Shown here piece by piece: positions 44,085 to 54,629 of a DNA stretch of 64,000 bases. The position numbers were made by a program, and so were the translations under genes. The DNA is from Nitrospirales bacterium (GTDB lineage Bacteria; Nitrospirota; Nitrospiria; Nitrospirales; UBA8639). The notes below the pieces were generated by a model. The model saw only the letters and a program-made list of their open reading frames with translations, was not told the origin of the DNA and searched no databases. The stretch is from NCBI GenBank assembly GCA_965203295.1, contig CBDBCZ010000019.1:1792001-1856000 (forward strand). Reading direction: 5' to 3'. Position 1 is the first letter of the stretch. The number at the start of each line of letters is the position of its first letter.

Positions 44085-44699
44085 ATGGTTTCTACCCTTG
44101 GAAAAGGAACGATCGTTCTTTTGCTGTGCTTTCCAATGGGGTGTGCTTCCTCATACAGCCAAGCCTTTCCTCAAGAAGTTCTTCAAAGCATAGACTCAAG
44201 CCTGACTTTTCTTCAACTCAAGGAATCTCCTGTTTCTCATCAGGGGAGAGTGGTCTTGCTTGGAGGCGAAATTTTGTCCGCTAAACGTCACAAAGACCAG
44301 ACACGCCTAATCGTTCTCCAGCTTCCCCTCACAGAGTACCAGGACCCAAACTGGGAACGGACCCAGTCCCATGGAAGATTCATCGCGTTCCAGAAAGAGT
44401 TTCTGGATCCTGCTACGACTCCTCCGGGAACCCGAATTACACTGATTGGGCAAATCCAAGGAGAAACCATGGAAATGTTAGGTGAAATGGAGTATTCCTA
44501 CCCTACCCTTGCCATTAAACATTTGAGGGTCTGGGCAGAGCCAAGGGAAGGGTTTTATCCTTATGGCTGGTATGGTCAGCCTCATTATCATTATGATCCC
44601 TATTGGCATGCTCCCTATTATTACGCAGGCCCAAATTATTGTTGTCTCTACGGATATCCCTCCGGACAAATGTATAGGCCACATCCTTATTGGTGGTAA
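44085..44699 (+). CDS. Slp family outer-membrane lipoprotein
   Basis: Lipobox PMGC; VVLLGGEI, LQLPL, SHGRFIA, FLDP, YSYP. Confidence 0.85.
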   Translation: MVSTLGKGTIVLLLCFPMGCASSYSQAFPQEVLQSIDSSLTFLQLKESPVSHQGRVVLLGGEILSAKRHKDQTRLIVLQLPLTEYQDPNWERTQSHGRFIAFQKEFLDPATTPPGTRITLIGQIQGETMEMLGEMEYSYPTLAIKHLRVWAEPREGFYPYGWYGQPHYHYDPYWHAPYYYAGPNYCCLYGYPSGQMYRPHPYWW

Positions 44700-44780
44700 G
44701 AATCATCCGAGAGCTTTTGTCGTTTTCTAGACTTTTTTGTATAATTTAAGGATAACACAGCCAAATCGAGAGAAGAGGTT

Positions 44781-45408
44781 ATGATGAAAAAATCAAATAT
44801 AAAAATGGCCGGGTTAGTCGGAATCCTTGCATTGGCGACAGTCTTTACTGCTTGTAAAGAAGGCTATAAATCAGACCTCCCACAAGCCCATGCCGCAAAA
44901 TCTTCCAGTCTTAATGGGACACCGATTTATTCCTTTACCTTGGCTGATATTGATGGCCAACCTTTACCACTCAGTCAAAAAATTTGAGGGAAAAGTATTA
45001 CTTCTGGTCAACACTGCCAGTTTTTGTGGAAATACTCCTCAGTACGGAGGTCTCCAGGAATTGTACGACCGCTACCAAGACCAGGGCTTAGAAATCTTGG
45101 CATTTCCAGCAAATAATTTTGGCAAGCAGGAACCAGGAAATAACGAAGAAATCAAAACGTTCTGTTATACCAAATACTCGCTCACGTTCCTTCTTTTCAG
45201 TAAAATTAGCGTGAAGGGCGAAAACACCCATCCGCTTTATCAATACCTCACACAAGAAAGTCCGTTTCCTGGAGAGATCGAATGGAATTTTCAAAAATTC
45301 TTGGTGGATAGAGAAGGGAACGTGATCGCTCGTTGTCGGTCTGGAATGAAGCCACTTTCTCGCATGATCGTCGAAGATATTGAACAGGCTTTGAGTAAGA
45401 CCTCTTGA
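44781..45408 (+). pseudogene. Glutathione peroxidase family lipoprotein, frameshifted
   Basis: FTAC lipobox, IYSFTLADIDG, then a frameshift at the A-run near 44980; VNTASFCGNTPQY, FPANNFGKQEPG, WNFQKFL. Confidence 0.88.
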
Positions 45409-45420
45409 TACAGAGGTCTT

Positions 45421-45801
45421 TCAGCCTGAGACCTCATCACAGACTTCAAACTGAATACGCATTTCTTGCTCGACTTCCCATCCTTCTAACCGCATGCCGA
45501 GCCCTTTCGTCCCAAACATAGACGATTGTACTCCTATCGCATGTCGATAATAAAACTCGACGAGCCCTTGAAGTACGGGCATGTTAAAAGGGCCATCGTA
45601 TCCCTGGGGCAAGGAAACCAGAAGAGGTTGTGATTCGGCTCCATCATCCAATAATTGTCTCACATCGACGAAAAGATCTTTAAACTCCTCACCCTCGACA
45701 CTGAGATCGAAGAAGACCCGTGATCCCACGTGGTCATCATCACTCCAAAATTCCGGAGAATTGATAATGCAACGCCGAAAAGTCACTGTCGCGACGGGCA
45801 T
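45421..45801 (-). CDS. Hypothetical protein
   Basis: 126 aa ORF with RBS AGAGGA, co-oriented with tldDE. Confidence 0.65.
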   Translation of the reverse strand: MPVATVTFRRCIINSPEFWSDDDHVGSRVFFDLSVEGEEFKDLFVDVRQLLDDGAESQPLLVSLPQGYDGPFNMPVLQGLVEFYYRHAIGVQSSMFGTKGLGMRLEGWEVEQEMRIQFEVCDEVSG

Positions 45802-45870
45802 GAGTTTATTCCTCTTTTAATGTCATCCCTCACAGGGTTGGGCCCACTCAACACTAATAAGAAGATCTTG

Positions 45871-47193
45871 CTAAAATCTAGTCACACTGGAGAAATGAAA
45901 ATCACGTATCTTCATGGCGGGCAAGAGCATTTTGATTTGTTCAGGAGTGATGGCATCCATCGGAGGTGTGAACCTTTCAAGGGCATTAAACGCACGTAAG
46001 GGACTGTCGTGGAATCGAAAGTTTCGCAACCCACAGGCGATGCGACCATCTTCAACAAGAAAGGTCCCATCTCGAGTCATTCCCGTGAGCGTCATGTCCA
46101 TGACGTTGGCGAACCGGATGTACCAAAAATTCGTCACTAAGATTCCTTTCTCTGTTTGTCGAATCAAGTCTTGAACATCCTCACCAGTGGCCTCTTGTCC
46201 ACAGAACACAGGAGCATCGAATTCTCCACTAGGGGGCACACCTTTTTCTTTGGCCATATAACGGTCATACAATAATTGTCGAAGGACACCTTGTTGTATC
46301 CAATCCCCTCTTGAAGCTGGCAGACCTTCTTCGCCAAACCCAGAACCCAACAGATCAGGATGGTCCGGACGATTTTGAAGCGTTAGACGCAAATCAATGA
46401 TTGATTTCTCTAATTTTCCAGCTAGAGGACTCGTTCCTTTGTCATAGTCCTTCGCGTCTAAAGATTCGATGAGCGGTGCGACCAATCCTGCAACCGCTGC
46501 GGGCGCTAAAATCACCATGTATCGCCCAGGCGGTATTTCTTTAGGATTGCCTGATTGCTGGGATTTCGAGACGGCCACACGAATACGTGTAGGAATCGCA
46601 AGCTCGTTAATGGATCGGTGCGCAAAGTCGACCCATCCGGTTGAATCTGCCCCGATGGCGGTGAGACTGAATCGGGCATGCGTCCTTTGCTCATAGGCAA
46701 ACAATCCTGTCGAAGCTGCATGCCCGACACTCTCTACAGAAAACCGAACAAAACCCGTTGCCTGTAGATTTTCTTCTCGACATATGTCAATCGCCTCTTT
46801 GGTTCCATCAACTCGTTCTTGAAGACCGGCTTCTTTGGTTTCCGGTCGAAACGTCGGCATGGCTGCGTAGGTTTGAGGGGAAAGGGGGACGAGATATTCT
46901 GGATCGGTTGGTGCCCATCGAGCCACATCCTGAGCACGTTGAACGGCTTCCTTGATGGATTGATCTGAAAGATCCGTGGTCGTTGTTTTTCCATGCTGCT
47001 GACCATAGGCAAGCAAGATGGTCAGGGTCTGCCAACGGGAATTGAGATTTTGGATGATGTTGTTATTGGCAAACCGGGTCGTCCCAGATTCCGTATCAGC
47101 CATAGAAACCTGTGTCTGCTCGCCATCGGACAAATTCAAAGCCATGTCGGCCAATCGTTGAAAAGCTGCTTGATCCAATGGATCGTGGCTCAT
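45871..47193 (-). CDS. TldE/PmbA family protein
   Basis: TRFANN.I.QN, PPGRYMVILAPAAV, LTGMTRDGTFLVEDG; no HExxxH. Confidence 0.88.
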   Translation of the reverse strand: MSHDPLDQAAFQRLADMALNLSDGEQTQVSMADTESGTTRFANNNIIQNLNSRWQTLTILLAYGQQHGKTTTTDLSDQSIKEAVQRAQDVARWAPTDPEYLVPLSPQTYAAMPTFRPETKEAGLQERVDGTKEAIDICREENLQATGFVRFSVESVGHAASTGLFAYEQRTHARFSLTAIGADSTGWVDFAHRSINELAIPTRIRVAVSKSQQSGNPKEIPPGRYMVILAPAAVAGLVAPLIESLDAKDYDKGTSPLAGKLEKSIIDLRLTLQNRPDHPDLLGSGFGEEGLPASRGDWIQQGVLRQLLYDRYMAKEKGVPPSGEFDAPVFCGQEATGEDVQDLIRQTEKGILVTNFWYIRFANVMDMTLTGMTRDGTFLVEDGRIACGLRNFRFHDSPLRAFNALERFTPPMDAITPEQIKMLLPAMKIRDFHFSSVTRF

Positions 47194-47208
47194 CCTCTTT
47201 CCTTCTCC

Positions 47209-48679
47209 TTAAGACACCGACCGTGCACGAATAATATCGACGCCGCGAAACCTGGCATGAGAGGCGGCATAAGTCATCCAGCCCGCTTGACCAGGTTGTC
47301 CTTTGCCACAAGTAATAAATCCAAATCGTCCCCGATGAGATGCGTCGGCTACAGCATCACAACTGGCCCAAAATCCTGCTGTGATTCCATGATAAATGAC
47401 ATCTCGTACCATGTGAGTCCGCTTTCCATTTTCAATGAGCCAAAAGACATCTCCTCCAAACTGAAAATTGTGCCGCTGTTGGTCGATACTGTAGGAATCA
47501 TGTCCTTCAATGAACAAACCGCGCTTCACGTCAGCGATCATGTCATCGAGCCGTTCTTTCCCAGGTTCAAGCCCAATATTCGCAATGCGCACCATAAGGC
47601 ACATTCGCCCAGCTATCCGCCCGATTGGATCCGCGAGACCGTTGCTCCCCAATCCTTGAAGCTACCTCCCGATTGGTACAATACCCCACAAACGTCCCTT
47701 CTCGGATAATATCCCATCGTTGGCAGGCCACCCCATCATCATCGTAGCCCGTGGAGGCTAATGACCACACTTCTGTATTGTCCGAAACCAAATTGACCGA
47801 AGGCGATCCATAGCGAAAGTTCCCACGTTTATCTGGTGAAAGAAAACTTGTTCCCGCATAGTTCGCTTCATACCCTAAAGCCCGATCCAACTCACTCGGA
47901 TGGCCACAACTTTCATGAATGGTCAAGGAAAGATGTTCAAGATCTAAAATGAGATCATACTTTCCTGGCTCAATCGGTGGCGCCTTCACCTTCTCCACTG
48001 CCTGGAGGGCTACTCGTTGAGTCTCCATCAAGAAATTAGTTTGACGAATTCGTTCATACCCAGTGCGAAGATAGGGAGTATGGTACCGTCGTGAGGCAAA
48101 CCGGTCTTCAAGGACTGCGGTTGCTTCGAGACTGCCCTGAGTGGCTAATAAATCGAAGTAAATGTGAGATCCCTCAGTTGAGACAAACAGTTTGCAATCC
48201 CGGCGTGCCCATAAAGAGGCCTGACTTCTGGCAATGTTCGGTTCTCTTTGCATCAGCTCCATGACTTCTAATAGCTGTTGTGTCTTTTCCTCTAGTGAAA
48301 CCTCGAAAGGGTCTTCGTGAAACGAGATTTTGATAACATCCTGATAAGTCGGCTCCTCAACCAAGTTGATGGAAGTGTGATTCACGAGAGACGTGGCCTT
48401 CGCAATCTCAATCGCCAAAGCCGTTATGTTTTTAATTTCTTCAGGTGAAACTGTAGAACTGGATGCAAATCCCCAAGCCCCTTTGTAGAGAACTCTCACT
48501 CTAAAGCCGGCATCATAAGCATCGAGAATGTCACCGATTCGGCGGTCCTGACCAAATACGCGCTGCGTGTGGCTCGTGAGAAGTCGAATATCCCCGTACT
48601 CAGCCCCAGACGATCGAATTATCTTAACTGCTACCTCAGCTAGCTCATTCCATTGATTGATGTTTATTTCGTCATTCAT
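47209..48679 (-). pseudogene. tldD: TldD metalloprotease, frameshifted
   Basis: GAWGFASS, IHESCGH, YDDDG; one extra base near 47596 before MVRIANIGL; C-terminal CGKGQP. Confidence 0.88.
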
Positions 48680-48887
48680 CGTCAGAGACCCTCACGATAC
48701 AACTTTGTGAATTGAGGCCACTATACGCAAGCATTTGCACCAAATCTACTTATCCGCCAGATCGCTAGTCATAGACTATCCTTCTCGCTTTCAGAAAAAG
48801 AGTCAAAAGCAAATATGCCAAAAGGTTTACAGTCAGATGGCAAATGAAAGTAAATACACCCCTCTTCAGGGCTATGATTCTGAGAGA

Positions 48888-49550
48888 TTAGCAAGAAGGA
48901 AGCTGCGTCAGTTGTCGAATAAGTCGTCCGGTTGGAGGAGATTCAGGGAAAGGAGCTCCTGAACAGGGATCGTTCCCATAATGCAAGTATTGCAAAAGGG
49001 CATCCCAACCTGTGACTCGTACGATAAGCGGGTGAGAGGTCTCCCGATTCCACGGCTGGTCCATCAAAAAGACAGGAATGCCTTGTTCATAAAATCTCTG
49101 AACGTGGGCAGGATGATCATCTACAGCTAGGACAATACGTTCAGGGACATCAACCTTTTCATCCGTATGGTACAACTCATCAAATGGTATTTGGTGCATG
49201 CGCAACCAGGCTAAGGTTTGAGGCCGTGATGAAGGCCTGCGTGCGGTAATAATAACAATGCGATACTGTTCTTGCAGCCTTTGTAAAGCCAACCTGGCTC
49301 CAGGAAAGATTGGAAGGATGGGAATACTGTGATCATGAAAATAATCAAAAATTTTTTCAATTAAAGGTCGATCAAGAGCACTCCCATCAAGACCACCTGC
49401 ACTGGCATACAATGATCGTGGCCAGGGTTTCTTGGTTAATTCCGTAAAGATGCGCTGAACTTCTCGTTCAGCGTGGGCTAAGACGTTATCAATATCGACA
49501 CCGAATACCGGACGTTCTTGCTGATCTTTCATAACATTTTTATTAATCAA
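48888..49550 (-). CDS. HAD-superfamily 5'(3')-nucleotidase-like (NT5C) protein
   Basis: GVDIDNVLA, ITARR, VDDHP, QPWNR. Confidence 0.8.
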   Translation of the reverse strand: MINKNVMKDQQERPVFGVDIDNVLAHAEREVQRIFTELTKKPWPRSLYASAGGLDGSALDRPLIEKIFDYFHDHSIPILPIFPGARLALQRLQEQYRIVIITARRPSSRPQTLAWLRMHQIPFDELYHTDEKVDVPERIVLAVDDHPAHVQRFYEQGIPVFLMDQPWNRETSHPLIVRVTGWDALLQYLHYGNDPCSGAPFPESPPTGRLIRQLTQLPSC

Positions 49551-49706
49551 TGAATGATGAAGATACGGTCAACTGTTCAGAATCTCGTGAAATAACAAGA
49601 CCAAACTTGAATATACCCCTTAGTCCCATCTTGATTGTAGACTATAAACAATCACAACTTGTTTTAGGAAGTATTGTGAAAAGGCACTCCGGGCTGGGAA
49701 CGAGTC

Positions 49707-51464
49707 CTATTGCTTTTGCTTCATTCTTACCGTCCTGAGTCGATTGATGGCGGCAGCAATTTCGTAAGCACGAGGTCTGGAAAAATTTCCTGGGTAAGTC
49801 CCCTCTCGGAAAAAAGGATCTAAGATATCCAACCCTTTTTCTTCGAGTAGTCGAACGACGACTTCAATGACCGTTTTCAAAGAAGATCGGCCATCCGTAA
49901 AGTTTTGGGAGGCCACAAAAATGGCATGCCCTACTGCCCGTGTTTGGCTTATATCTATGAGTTGCTCTAGTCCCCGTAAATCAATGACCTCCTGTCCATA
50001 GAGGATCACATCTTCACTTTTTGAGTCGATTTTCACTTCACGTCGTCCTCGGGATGCATCAAAACTTTCCGGAATTGGCACTCGTGGGCAAGACATCGGA
50101 AAATCCGAGCTCACTTCTATGCTTCGCTTGGTCGTCACGGTTTTCGCTAATCGATGAGCGTCCTCGGTCACAACAATAGGGAGATAGTTGCGCATCATGA
50201 TCACGGTATCAGATACCTCAAAATAATCGCCACACCCGCCCATCACAAGAACAGTAGAAACTCCTTGCTTCTCAAACAATTCTCGAACTCGATCCACAAA
50301 GGGGGTGATAGGTTCATGATCTTTCTTCACTAAAGCCTGCATTCGGGCATCTCGTACCATAAAATTGGTGGCAGACGTATCCTCATCAAGAAGCAGCACC
50401 TGCGCCCCTACCTCTATGGCTTCGACAATCGTCGCGGCTTGGCTTGTACTCCCGCTGGCATTATCAGTAGAAAAGCAAGACGTTGGTTGGCCAAAGGGCA
50501 AATCTGTGATAAACCCGCTAATATCAACATTTTCAATACGTCGGCCATCCTCTGCACGAACCTTGACGGCATGAAGATTTGTTACCACATATTCCCGGCC
50601 GTCACCTGGAATGTGTGGGTAGACTCCACGTTCCAGCGCACGTAACAAGGTAGATTTTCCATGGTATCCACCTCCGACGATCAGGGTCACTCCCTTGGGA
50701 ATACCCATTCCACTGATCGCATGAACAGATTTTCCTTCTCGCTCAACCGGATTCAATAACGGAACGGTGACCTGAAGAGAAGCTGGACTTTTAAATCGTT
50801 GAACGTGCCCTTTGAGTAACGGCAGATCCGAAGCTCCATTCATTCTGGGCAATATCGAACCGTCCGCTACAAACGCCATTAATTCGAGACCATCAAGTTG
50901 GTCTCGAATCGATTCTTGATTTTCGACACACAGCACAAACTGCCTTGCTTCAGGATCAGACACATTCCTCCAAAACAAAGCCTGCTCCATAATCTTAGGG
51001 ATCTCCTCACACAACATCGCCTCGGCTTGCCGACCCAGGATTGTTCGACCATTCGCAGGCAGTCCAACCGCGAGTCTGGCCTCCACCCAGTCCTGACAAA
51101 CCACCATCGATGTCCGTTCAAGCACTTCTTGACTTCCGACATCAATGACCACAAGCCCACTTTTGCCCATGCCACGTCGGCCCTGAGCCATTTCCTGGAT
51201 ATTTCGATGAACTGACCGTGTGAGAAAATCCTGTAGGGCTATTCTTCGGATCGAATTGGCGAAGAGATCTTCGGGAAGATTGGCGACGTTTTGAGAAACG
51301 CGCAATCGAATCTTCGAGGGTGCTGCAAACGGATCACCTTGCACATGATCAATGGCAAGAGTAAACGGTCTTTGAACAAAACAGCCTTCAAGATCTTTGT
51401 ACGCTTTATAGCCTCGGCCATCAATTCTGGAGAGAATCTGCCGTAACGCTTCAAACGAGGGCAT
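49707..51464 (-). CDS. ABC-class P-loop ATPase (ABC_ATPase / MRB1590-like)
   Basis: HVQGDPFAAPS, GGGYHGKST, RAEDGR, ASGSTSQAA, DEDTSATNFMVRD, AAINRLR. Confidence 0.9.
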   Translation of the reverse strand: MPSFEALRQILSRIDGRGYKAYKDLEGCFVQRPFTLAIDHVQGDPFAAPSKIRLRVSQNVANLPEDLFANSIRRIALQDFLTRSVHRNIQEMAQGRRGMGKSGLVVIDVGSQEVLERTSMVVCQDWVEARLAVGLPANGRTILGRQAEAMLCEEIPKIMEQALFWRNVSDPEARQFVLCVENQESIRDQLDGLELMAFVADGSILPRMNGASDLPLLKGHVQRFKSPASLQVTVPLLNPVEREGKSVHAISGMGIPKGVTLIVGGGYHGKSTLLRALERGVYPHIPGDGREYVVTNLHAVKVRAEDGRRIENVDISGFITDLPFGQPTSCFSTDNASGSTSQAATIVEAIEVGAQVLLLDEDTSATNFMVRDARMQALVKKDHEPITPFVDRVRELFEKQGVSTVLVMGGCGDYFEVSDTVIMMRNYLPIVVTEDAHRLAKTVTTKRSIEVSSDFPMSCPRVPIPESFDASRGRREVKIDSKSEDVILYGQEVIDLRGLEQLIDISQTRAVGHAIFVASQNFTDGRSSLKTVIEVVVRLLEEKGLDILDPFFREGTYPGNFSRPRAYEIAAAINRLRTVRMKQKQ

Positions 51465-51512
51465 AGACTTTATTGAGGAACTGAGAGGATTGAGGTAAAC
51501 AGGTGTTCTGTT

Positions 51513-52451
51513 TCAGGGCTCACGTTGCGGTTTCATTTCCACATTCGCCAACTTCTCTAAGGCGAATATGAGCGCATGGGTTCCAGACTTTCCATGTCCT
51601 TGGGCTTGAACAGCCACATATAATTGATGAACTAACGCTAATCCAGGCAACACCAGGCCAGCGCGTTTGGCTTCATCTAACGCAATACCCATATCCTTAA
51701 CAAAATGATCCACAAAGAATCCTGGATCAAAACGTCGCTCAATAATACGCGGAGCGAGCTGGTCTAAAGTCCAACACCCTGCCGCTCCTTTACTAATCGA
51801 CTGCAATAGGGTTTGAAGGTCAAGACCGACCTTGTACCCATATAACAATCCTTCACATACTCCAATCATGGTACCCGCGATGGTAATTTGGTTGCAGAGT
51901 TTGGCATGTTGCCCCGATCCTGCATTCCCCTGACGCACAACGGATTTTCCTAAACAGTCAAAAAGAAGGCTGAGAGCTTCTACCACATCAGCATCTCCAC
52001 CGACCATAATTGACAATGTCCCATTGCGCGCTCCAACATCCCCACCAGAAACTGGAGCATCTACCGCGAAGGCCCCCTTAGCTCTTACCGTTTGGTCAAT
52101 CTCCCGAGCTAAACTAGGCGATGATGTCGTCATATCCACTAAAACCTGTGAAGGTCTTGTTCCCTGAAGAATTCCTTTGTTTCCGAAGTACACCTCCTGC
52201 ACATCTTGGGGCATCCCGATCATCGTAAAAATGACATCCGTTTGTTCCGCGACAGCCACGCACGAATTCGCCCATCGAGCCCCTTTTTCAATCAACGGAC
52301 GTGCATTCTCTTGTGTTCGCGAATACACCACAAGGGGATATCCCTTCGTGACAAGATGTCCACACATCGAAGCCCCCATCACACCCGTGCCGATCCACCC
52401 TACCCGCACAGGAGAAGGCAGTGAAAAAGGTCTGAGAGGTTGATCAGGCAT
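51513..52451 (-). CDS. NAD(P)-dependent 3-hydroxyisobutyrate dehydrogenase family oxidoreductase
   Basis: GWIGTGVMG, DAPVSGGDVGA, KLCNQ. Confidence 0.92.
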   Translation of the reverse strand: MPDQPLRPFSLPSPVRVGWIGTGVMGASMCGHLVTKGYPLVVYSRTQENARPLIEKGARWANSCVAVAEQTDVIFTMIGMPQDVQEVYFGNKGILQGTRPSQVLVDMTTSSPSLAREIDQTVRAKGAFAVDAPVSGGDVGARNGTLSIMVGGDADVVEALSLLFDCLGKSVVRQGNAGSGQHAKLCNQITIAGTMIGVCEGLLYGYKVGLDLQTLLQSISKGAAGCWTLDQLAPRIIERRFDPGFFVDHFVKDMGIALDEAKRAGLVLPGLALVHQLYVAVQAQGHGKSGTHALIFALEKLANVEMKPQREP

Positions 52452-52475
52452 AGAATGGGAACGGAAATAAAGAGG

Positions 52476-53579
52476 TTACTTGATACTAGGTTGTTGCTGG
52501 GTCAGACAGTGAATTGTCCCCAATCCCCATACTAAATCTACGGCATGAATGCCAATCAGGGGACGATCTTGGAATAATTCACTGAGAATGCCCAAAGCAA
52601 CACGATCCTGAGGGTCGTTGAAAGTGGGTACGAGGACTCCGGCATTTGAGATATAAAAGTTCGCGTAACTCGCGGGCAAACGTCGTCCGTCTAAATACAG
52701 TGGGGCCGGCATCGGCAAAGGCACGATTTCAACCTTTGTCCCGTCTTCTAAACGCATCCCTTCCAACCGTTCTCGATTTTCGCACAAAGGACGATAGTTG
52801 ACGTCATTCGGGTTTCGTTCTTGACACAGAATAACTGTCCTGGTGTTCACAAACCGACAGATGTCATCGACATGGCCGTGTGTGTCGTCTCCTGCGATTC
52901 CACGACCTAGCCAGAGAACATTCGTCGCGGCAAAATAATCAGCCAACACATGTTCCATGTCCTTCCGATCAAGCTTAGGATTTCGAACTTGCGTGGTGCT
53001 GTCCAATAAACATTCCTCAGTGGTCAGCAGGGTCCCTGTTCCATTGACATCAATACTACCGCCCTCCAAAACGATTGAGACATTATTTTTTTGTGCAGGA
53101 AATATGCGCCAATCAAATTGAGAAGCCAGGCGAAGGGGAACCCTGCTGTCTTTTTCCCAATCCGAGTACCGAGCCCAAGCCGTAAATTGCCATTTAGTCA
53201 CGGCCACTTCAGGCTTGGGTTTATCCTGTTTGACCAACAAGGGACCAAAGTCACGAGTCCATCCCCTATTGGTCGGAATTCGAAAGAATTCCACCTGTGT
53301 TAAATCGACACCGACACGTGATAAAATCTTCCTGACCTTGTGCTCTCGGTCTTTGGATTGGACGATGATCCTGACTAATTCACCCGAAACCAGTTTGCGA
53401 ACTATTTCCCCATACACCCACTGAATTGCTCCAAACTTGCCAGGCCAATCCGTATGGTTGTGTGGCCAGGCTAACCAGGTGGCTTCATGATGTTCCCATT
53501 CAGCAGGCAGTCGAAACCCTAGCTGAACTGGAGAGATTTTTCTTTTTTGGCTTTTTGATTGTTCGGAGGGGGCTTTCAC
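52476..53579 (-). CDS. aguA: Agmatine deiminase
   Basis: PAEWEHH, WTRD, EGGS, DDTHGHVD, ASYANF, GTIHCLTQQ. Confidence 0.93.
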   Translation of the reverse strand: MKAPSEQSKSQKRKISPVQLGFRLPAEWEHHEATWLAWPHNHTDWPGKFGAIQWVYGEIVRKLVSGELVRIIVQSKDREHKVRKILSRVGVDLTQVEFFRIPTNRGWTRDFGPLLVKQDKPKPEVAVTKWQFTAWARYSDWEKDSRVPLRLASQFDWRIFPAQKNNVSIVLEGGSIDVNGTGTLLTTEECLLDSTTQVRNPKLDRKDMEHVLADYFAATNVLWLGRGIAGDDTHGHVDDICRFVNTRTVILCQERNPNDVNYRPLCENRERLEGMRLEDGTKVEIVPLPMPAPLYLDGRRLPASYANFYISNAGVLVPTFNDPQDRVALGILSELFQDRPLIGIHAVDLVWGLGTIHCLTQQQPSIK

Positions 53580-53635
53580 AACGTTGAAATCTGGAAAAAC
53601 AGAGTCTGGAGGCCGGAGTCTAGAGACTGAGTCCT

Positions 53636-54550
53636 TTAAGAACGTTTCTTATCTAAATACCGCTCCGTGATACCACCATACGCGTCAATTCGACGATCAC
53701 GCAGAAATGCCCAATTTCGTCGAACTTCTTCAATACGATCCAGGTCAATTTCTACGAGGAGAACTTCTTCTTTCTCCATGGAGCCTTGTCCTAAAACTAC
53801 CCCAAACGGATCGCACACAAAGGACCTTCCCCAAAATTCAAGTCCGGGTCCTACGTCAGGTTTCTCTAGGCCTACTCGATTGACAGCCACCACAAATACG
53901 CCATTGGCGATCGCATGGCCACGTTGAATGGTTTCCCATGCATCGAGTTGGGCCGAACCCTCTTGCTGCTTCTCACTAGGGTGCCACCCTATAGCTGTAG
54001 GATAAAAAAGAATATTGGCTCCTTGGAGAGCCATTAATCGGGCCGCCTCTGGATACCACTGATCCCAACAAATTAATGTCCCAATTGGGCCATAACTCGT
54101 GTGAATAGCTTCGAACCCACGATCCCCAGGCGTGAAATAAAACTTCTCAAAATACGCAGGATCATCAGGAATATGCATCTTCCGATAAAGACCAACCTGG
54201 GCGCCATCGGAATCAATGACCACAACCGAATTGTGGTACAGACCTACGGCCCGCCGTTCAAAAATCGGAATAATCACCACAACCTGCTTCTGTTGAGCGA
54301 CTTTGCATAAAACCTCAGTAGAAGGCCCAGGGATTGGCTCTGCGAGATCAAAAAAGGCAGGGTCTTCTCGTTGACAAAAATACTGAGTTCGAAACAGTTC
54401 CGGAAGACAAATAATGTGCGCACCTCCACGCGCCGCCTCTCCGATCTTCTCTACAGCCTTCTCCAAATTTTCCCGTGGATCGGAACTACATCTCAGTTGA
54501 AGTAATCCCAACACAAGTCTTTTGTACTTTTCAGGAAATTCTGTAGGCAT
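53636..54550 (-). CDS. aguB: N-carbamoylputrescine amidase (nitrilase family)
   Basis: LPELF, YRKMHIPDDP..EKFYF, ICWDQWYPEAAR; adjacent to aguA. Confidence 0.92.
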   Translation of the reverse strand: MPTEFPEKYKRLVLGLLQLRCSSDPRENLEKAVEKIGEAARGGAHIICLPELFRTQYFCQREDPAFFDLAEPIPGPSTEVLCKVAQQKQVVVIIPIFERRAVGLYHNSVVVIDSDGAQVGLYRKMHIPDDPAYFEKFYFTPGDRGFEAIHTSYGPIGTLICWDQWYPEAARLMALQGANILFYPTAIGWHPSEKQQEGSAQLDAWETIQRGHAIANGVFVVAVNRVGLEKPDVGPGLEFWGRSFVCDPFGVVLGQGSMEKEEVLLVEIDLDRIEEVRRNWAFLRDRRIDAYGGITERYLDKKRS

Positions 54551-54629
54551 AATTCGAGAATTCTTTGCTTTTATTATTCAAGCTGCCTTTTTTGCCAGGC
54601 CCCACCAAGATGTGACTTTTTTCGTGGAG

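Noticed and set aside
45871..48679. TldDE as part of a RiPP cluster
   Set aside because: No precursor, YcaO or other maturase is adjacent
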